Positions 32,194 through 33,348 of a DNA stretch of 33,348 nt are shown one piece after another. The first letter of the stretch is position 1, and every line of letters starts with the position of its first letter. The stretch spans positions 1-33,348 of the forward strand of contig CAZCTL010000001.1 of assembly GCA_964501685.1 (NCBI GenBank), read 5' to 3'. Source of the DNA: an uncultured Candidatus Saccharibacteria bacterium (lineage in GTDB: Bacteria; Patescibacteriota; Doudnabacteria; UBA920). A program made the position numbers and the translations under genes. A model generated the notes under the pieces. It did no database searches. It was not told the origin of the DNA and was given only the letters and a program-made list of their open reading frames with translations.

Positions 32194-32943
32194 ATGAAAT
32201 ACAAACTAACAGATAAAACAGTATGGTATTACAGCCGCACTTTATATCAAATACAGGCTTTAGTAGATATTCCTGCAATTGGACTTAAAGCTGGAAATTT
32301 AGGCGGATTTATAGAAAAGGAATTCAATCTCAGCCAAGAAGGTAATACTTGGGTTGCTGATAATGCTCGGGTTTATGATAATGCTAGGATTTCTGGCAAT
32401 GCTAAGGTTTCTGTTAATGCTAAGGTTTCTGGTCGTGCTCGTATTTCTGGCAATGCTCGAATTTCTGGTAATGCTCAGGTTTATGGTGATGCTCAGGTTT
32501 ATGGTGATGCTCTGGTTTATGGTAATGCTCGGGTTTCTGGTGGTGCTCAGGTTTATGGTGGTGCTCGGGTTTATGGTAATGCTCAGGTTTATGGCAATGC
32601 TCAGGTTTCTGATAGTGCTCAGGTTTCTGGTAGTAATCTAGTTTATGGCGGTGCTCGAATTTCTGGTAATACCCGGATTTCTGGTAATGCTCGGATTTCT
32701 GGTAATGCTCAGGTTGAGTCTAAACTAGATTTAGTATATATACAAGCGCCTAGATATGACTTAACTTTAACTAATTCAAGACTGTCAATTGGTTGTGAAT
32801 GTTATTCAATAGAACATTGGTTGAGTAATTATGCTGAGATAGGAAAGAAAAACAACCTTACAAAAAAAGAGATAGAGCATTATTATGAATTAATTAAAAC
32901 CGCTAATAAAATATATAAAGCACAACAAGAATTAAAGGAGTAA
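32194..32943 (+). CDS. hexapeptide-repeat (left-handed beta-helix-like) protein with distinct N- and C-terminal domains
   Basis: Residues 50-175 form 21 consecutive six-residue units G-N-A-(R/Q/K)-(V/I)-(S/Y) with no insertions. The C-terminal domain reads LVYIQAPRYDLTLTNSRLSIGCECYSIEHWL. Confidence 0.8.
   Translation: MKYKLTDKTVWYYSRTLYQIQALVDIPAIGLKAGNLGGFIEKEFNLSQEGNTWVADNARVYDNARISGNAKVSVNAKVSGRARISGNARISGNAQVYGDAQVYGDALVYGNARVSGGAQVYGGARVYGNAQVYGNAQVSDSAQVSGSNLVYGGARISGNTRISGNARISGNAQVESKLDLVYIQAPRYDLTLTNSRLSIGCECYSIEHWLSNYAEIGKKNNLTKKEIEHYYELIKTANKIYKAQQELKE
32341..32718 (+). repeat. 18-bp in-frame tandem repeat array (21 units, degenerate)
   Basis: The consensus is close to ggtaatgctcaggtttat/tct. 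The array spans 378 nt, which is 21 x 18, and is uninterrupted. It is the coding sequence of the hexapeptide repeats. Confidence 0.9.
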
Positions 32944-32946
32944 TAA

Positions 32947-33342
32947 ATGCACCATTGGAAAGATAAAAACGTAGACTGGGAAGGAATAGATGCTGCCGCA
33001 ATATACATATGTGATTTCTGTGCTTTCTGGGGCCGATTTGGTGGCCAAGCAAAGGAAAAATTTGGAACGGTTAGATTTTATGCGAATTTTGGTTGCTATG
33101 GCCTATTAAGCCTTACGCATCCAAGGCATAATTACACTTGGAACATTTGGCAACCTTATGTAAAGTTTGATAATGCTGTGGGTGGGTATATTGTGCGATT
33201 TTCAGGCTTGCGTTTACTGTTTAACTGGTGGCAGCCCAAGGTTTACAGACTTGCTTACAAAAAAGCAATCCAAAAATGGCCACACTTACGCGAAGAAATT
33301 TTATGTTGTGCCGACTACACCGAACTGCTGGAAGGGTTATAA
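32947..33342 (+). CDS. conserved phage hypothetical protein (KEKFGTVRFY motif)
   Basis: AAAGGAG SD present. GGQAKEKFGTVRFY resembles a motif (IKEKFGxLRFY) that I recall from many uncharacterised phage proteins. Confidence 0.65.
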   Translation: MHHWKDKNVDWEGIDAAAIYICDFCAFWGRFGGQAKEKFGTVRFYANFGCYGLLSLTHPRHNYTWNIWQPYVKFDNAVGGYIVRFSGLRLLFNWWQPKVYRLAYKKAIQKWPHLREEILCCADYTELLEGL

Positions 33343-33348
33343 TATGGA

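Noticed and set aside
32354-32641. 95-aa + strand ORF (MLIMLGFMIMLGFLAMLRF...) overlapping the hexapeptide-repeat gene in another frame.
   Set aside because: It is a by-product of the 18-bp periodic repeat, because any frame of a stop-free repeat stays open. It has no SD and its sequence is implausibly monotonous. The frame with the hexapeptide units has a strong SD and flanking non-repeat domains.
32341-32718. Possible CRISPR array or non-coding satellite, because of the regular short repeats.
   Set aside because: The units are contiguous 18-mers with no spacers. They are degenerate at mainly synonymous or conservative positions and sit in-frame inside a long ORF. This is a coding tandem repeat.

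Overview
The whole window reads as one densely packed genome segment of a lytic tailed phage, with every credible gene on the + strand. No tape-measure, sheath or tube genes are visible. Gene order resembles T7-type podoviruses (portal, scaffold, capsid, adaptor/nozzle-like, internal-virion-like). I see no host genes, integrase, repressor, phage RNA polymerase, tRNA, rRNA or CRISPR array.

Layout:
- 1-6700: DNA-metabolism genes. These are an all-alpha NTP-pyrophosphohydrolase-like protein, a family A DNA polymerase, endonuclease VII, a ClpP-like protease, a trypsin-like lipoprotein protease and an HNH endonuclease.
- 6720-24955: packaging and virion module. It holds TerS-like, TerL, portal, scaffold and major capsid genes with a terminator, a tail fiber with a collar domain, adaptor/nozzle-like proteins, four low-complexity internal-virion-like proteins and a tail-anchored membrane protein.
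- 24956-25318: the only long non-coding stretch. It is AT-rich, carries clustered TGTATAC-type palindromes and a sigma70-like promoter, and is a candidate early control region, origin or genome end.
- 25319-33348: early module. It holds an SF3 helicase, an AEP-type primase, a DUF3223-HNH nuclease, a RusA-like resolvase, an SLT lytic transglycosylase, a cluster of exported or lipoproteins, and a protein made of 20-21 perfect hexapeptide repeats.

The gene order suggests a complete genome of about 33 kb that was opened at an arbitrary point.

Most worth a second look:
- two small exported proteins ending in outer-membrane beta-signals;
- a translationally coupled two-protease module inside the replication genes;
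- the hexapeptide-repeat protein;
- an unusual envelope/lysis cluster containing a Zn-ribbon/TM/collagen-like chimera;
- the split, reversed helicase-primase module interrupted by an HNH gene;
- the palindrome-rich control region.

All functional calls rest on motif recognition by eye. No searches were run.
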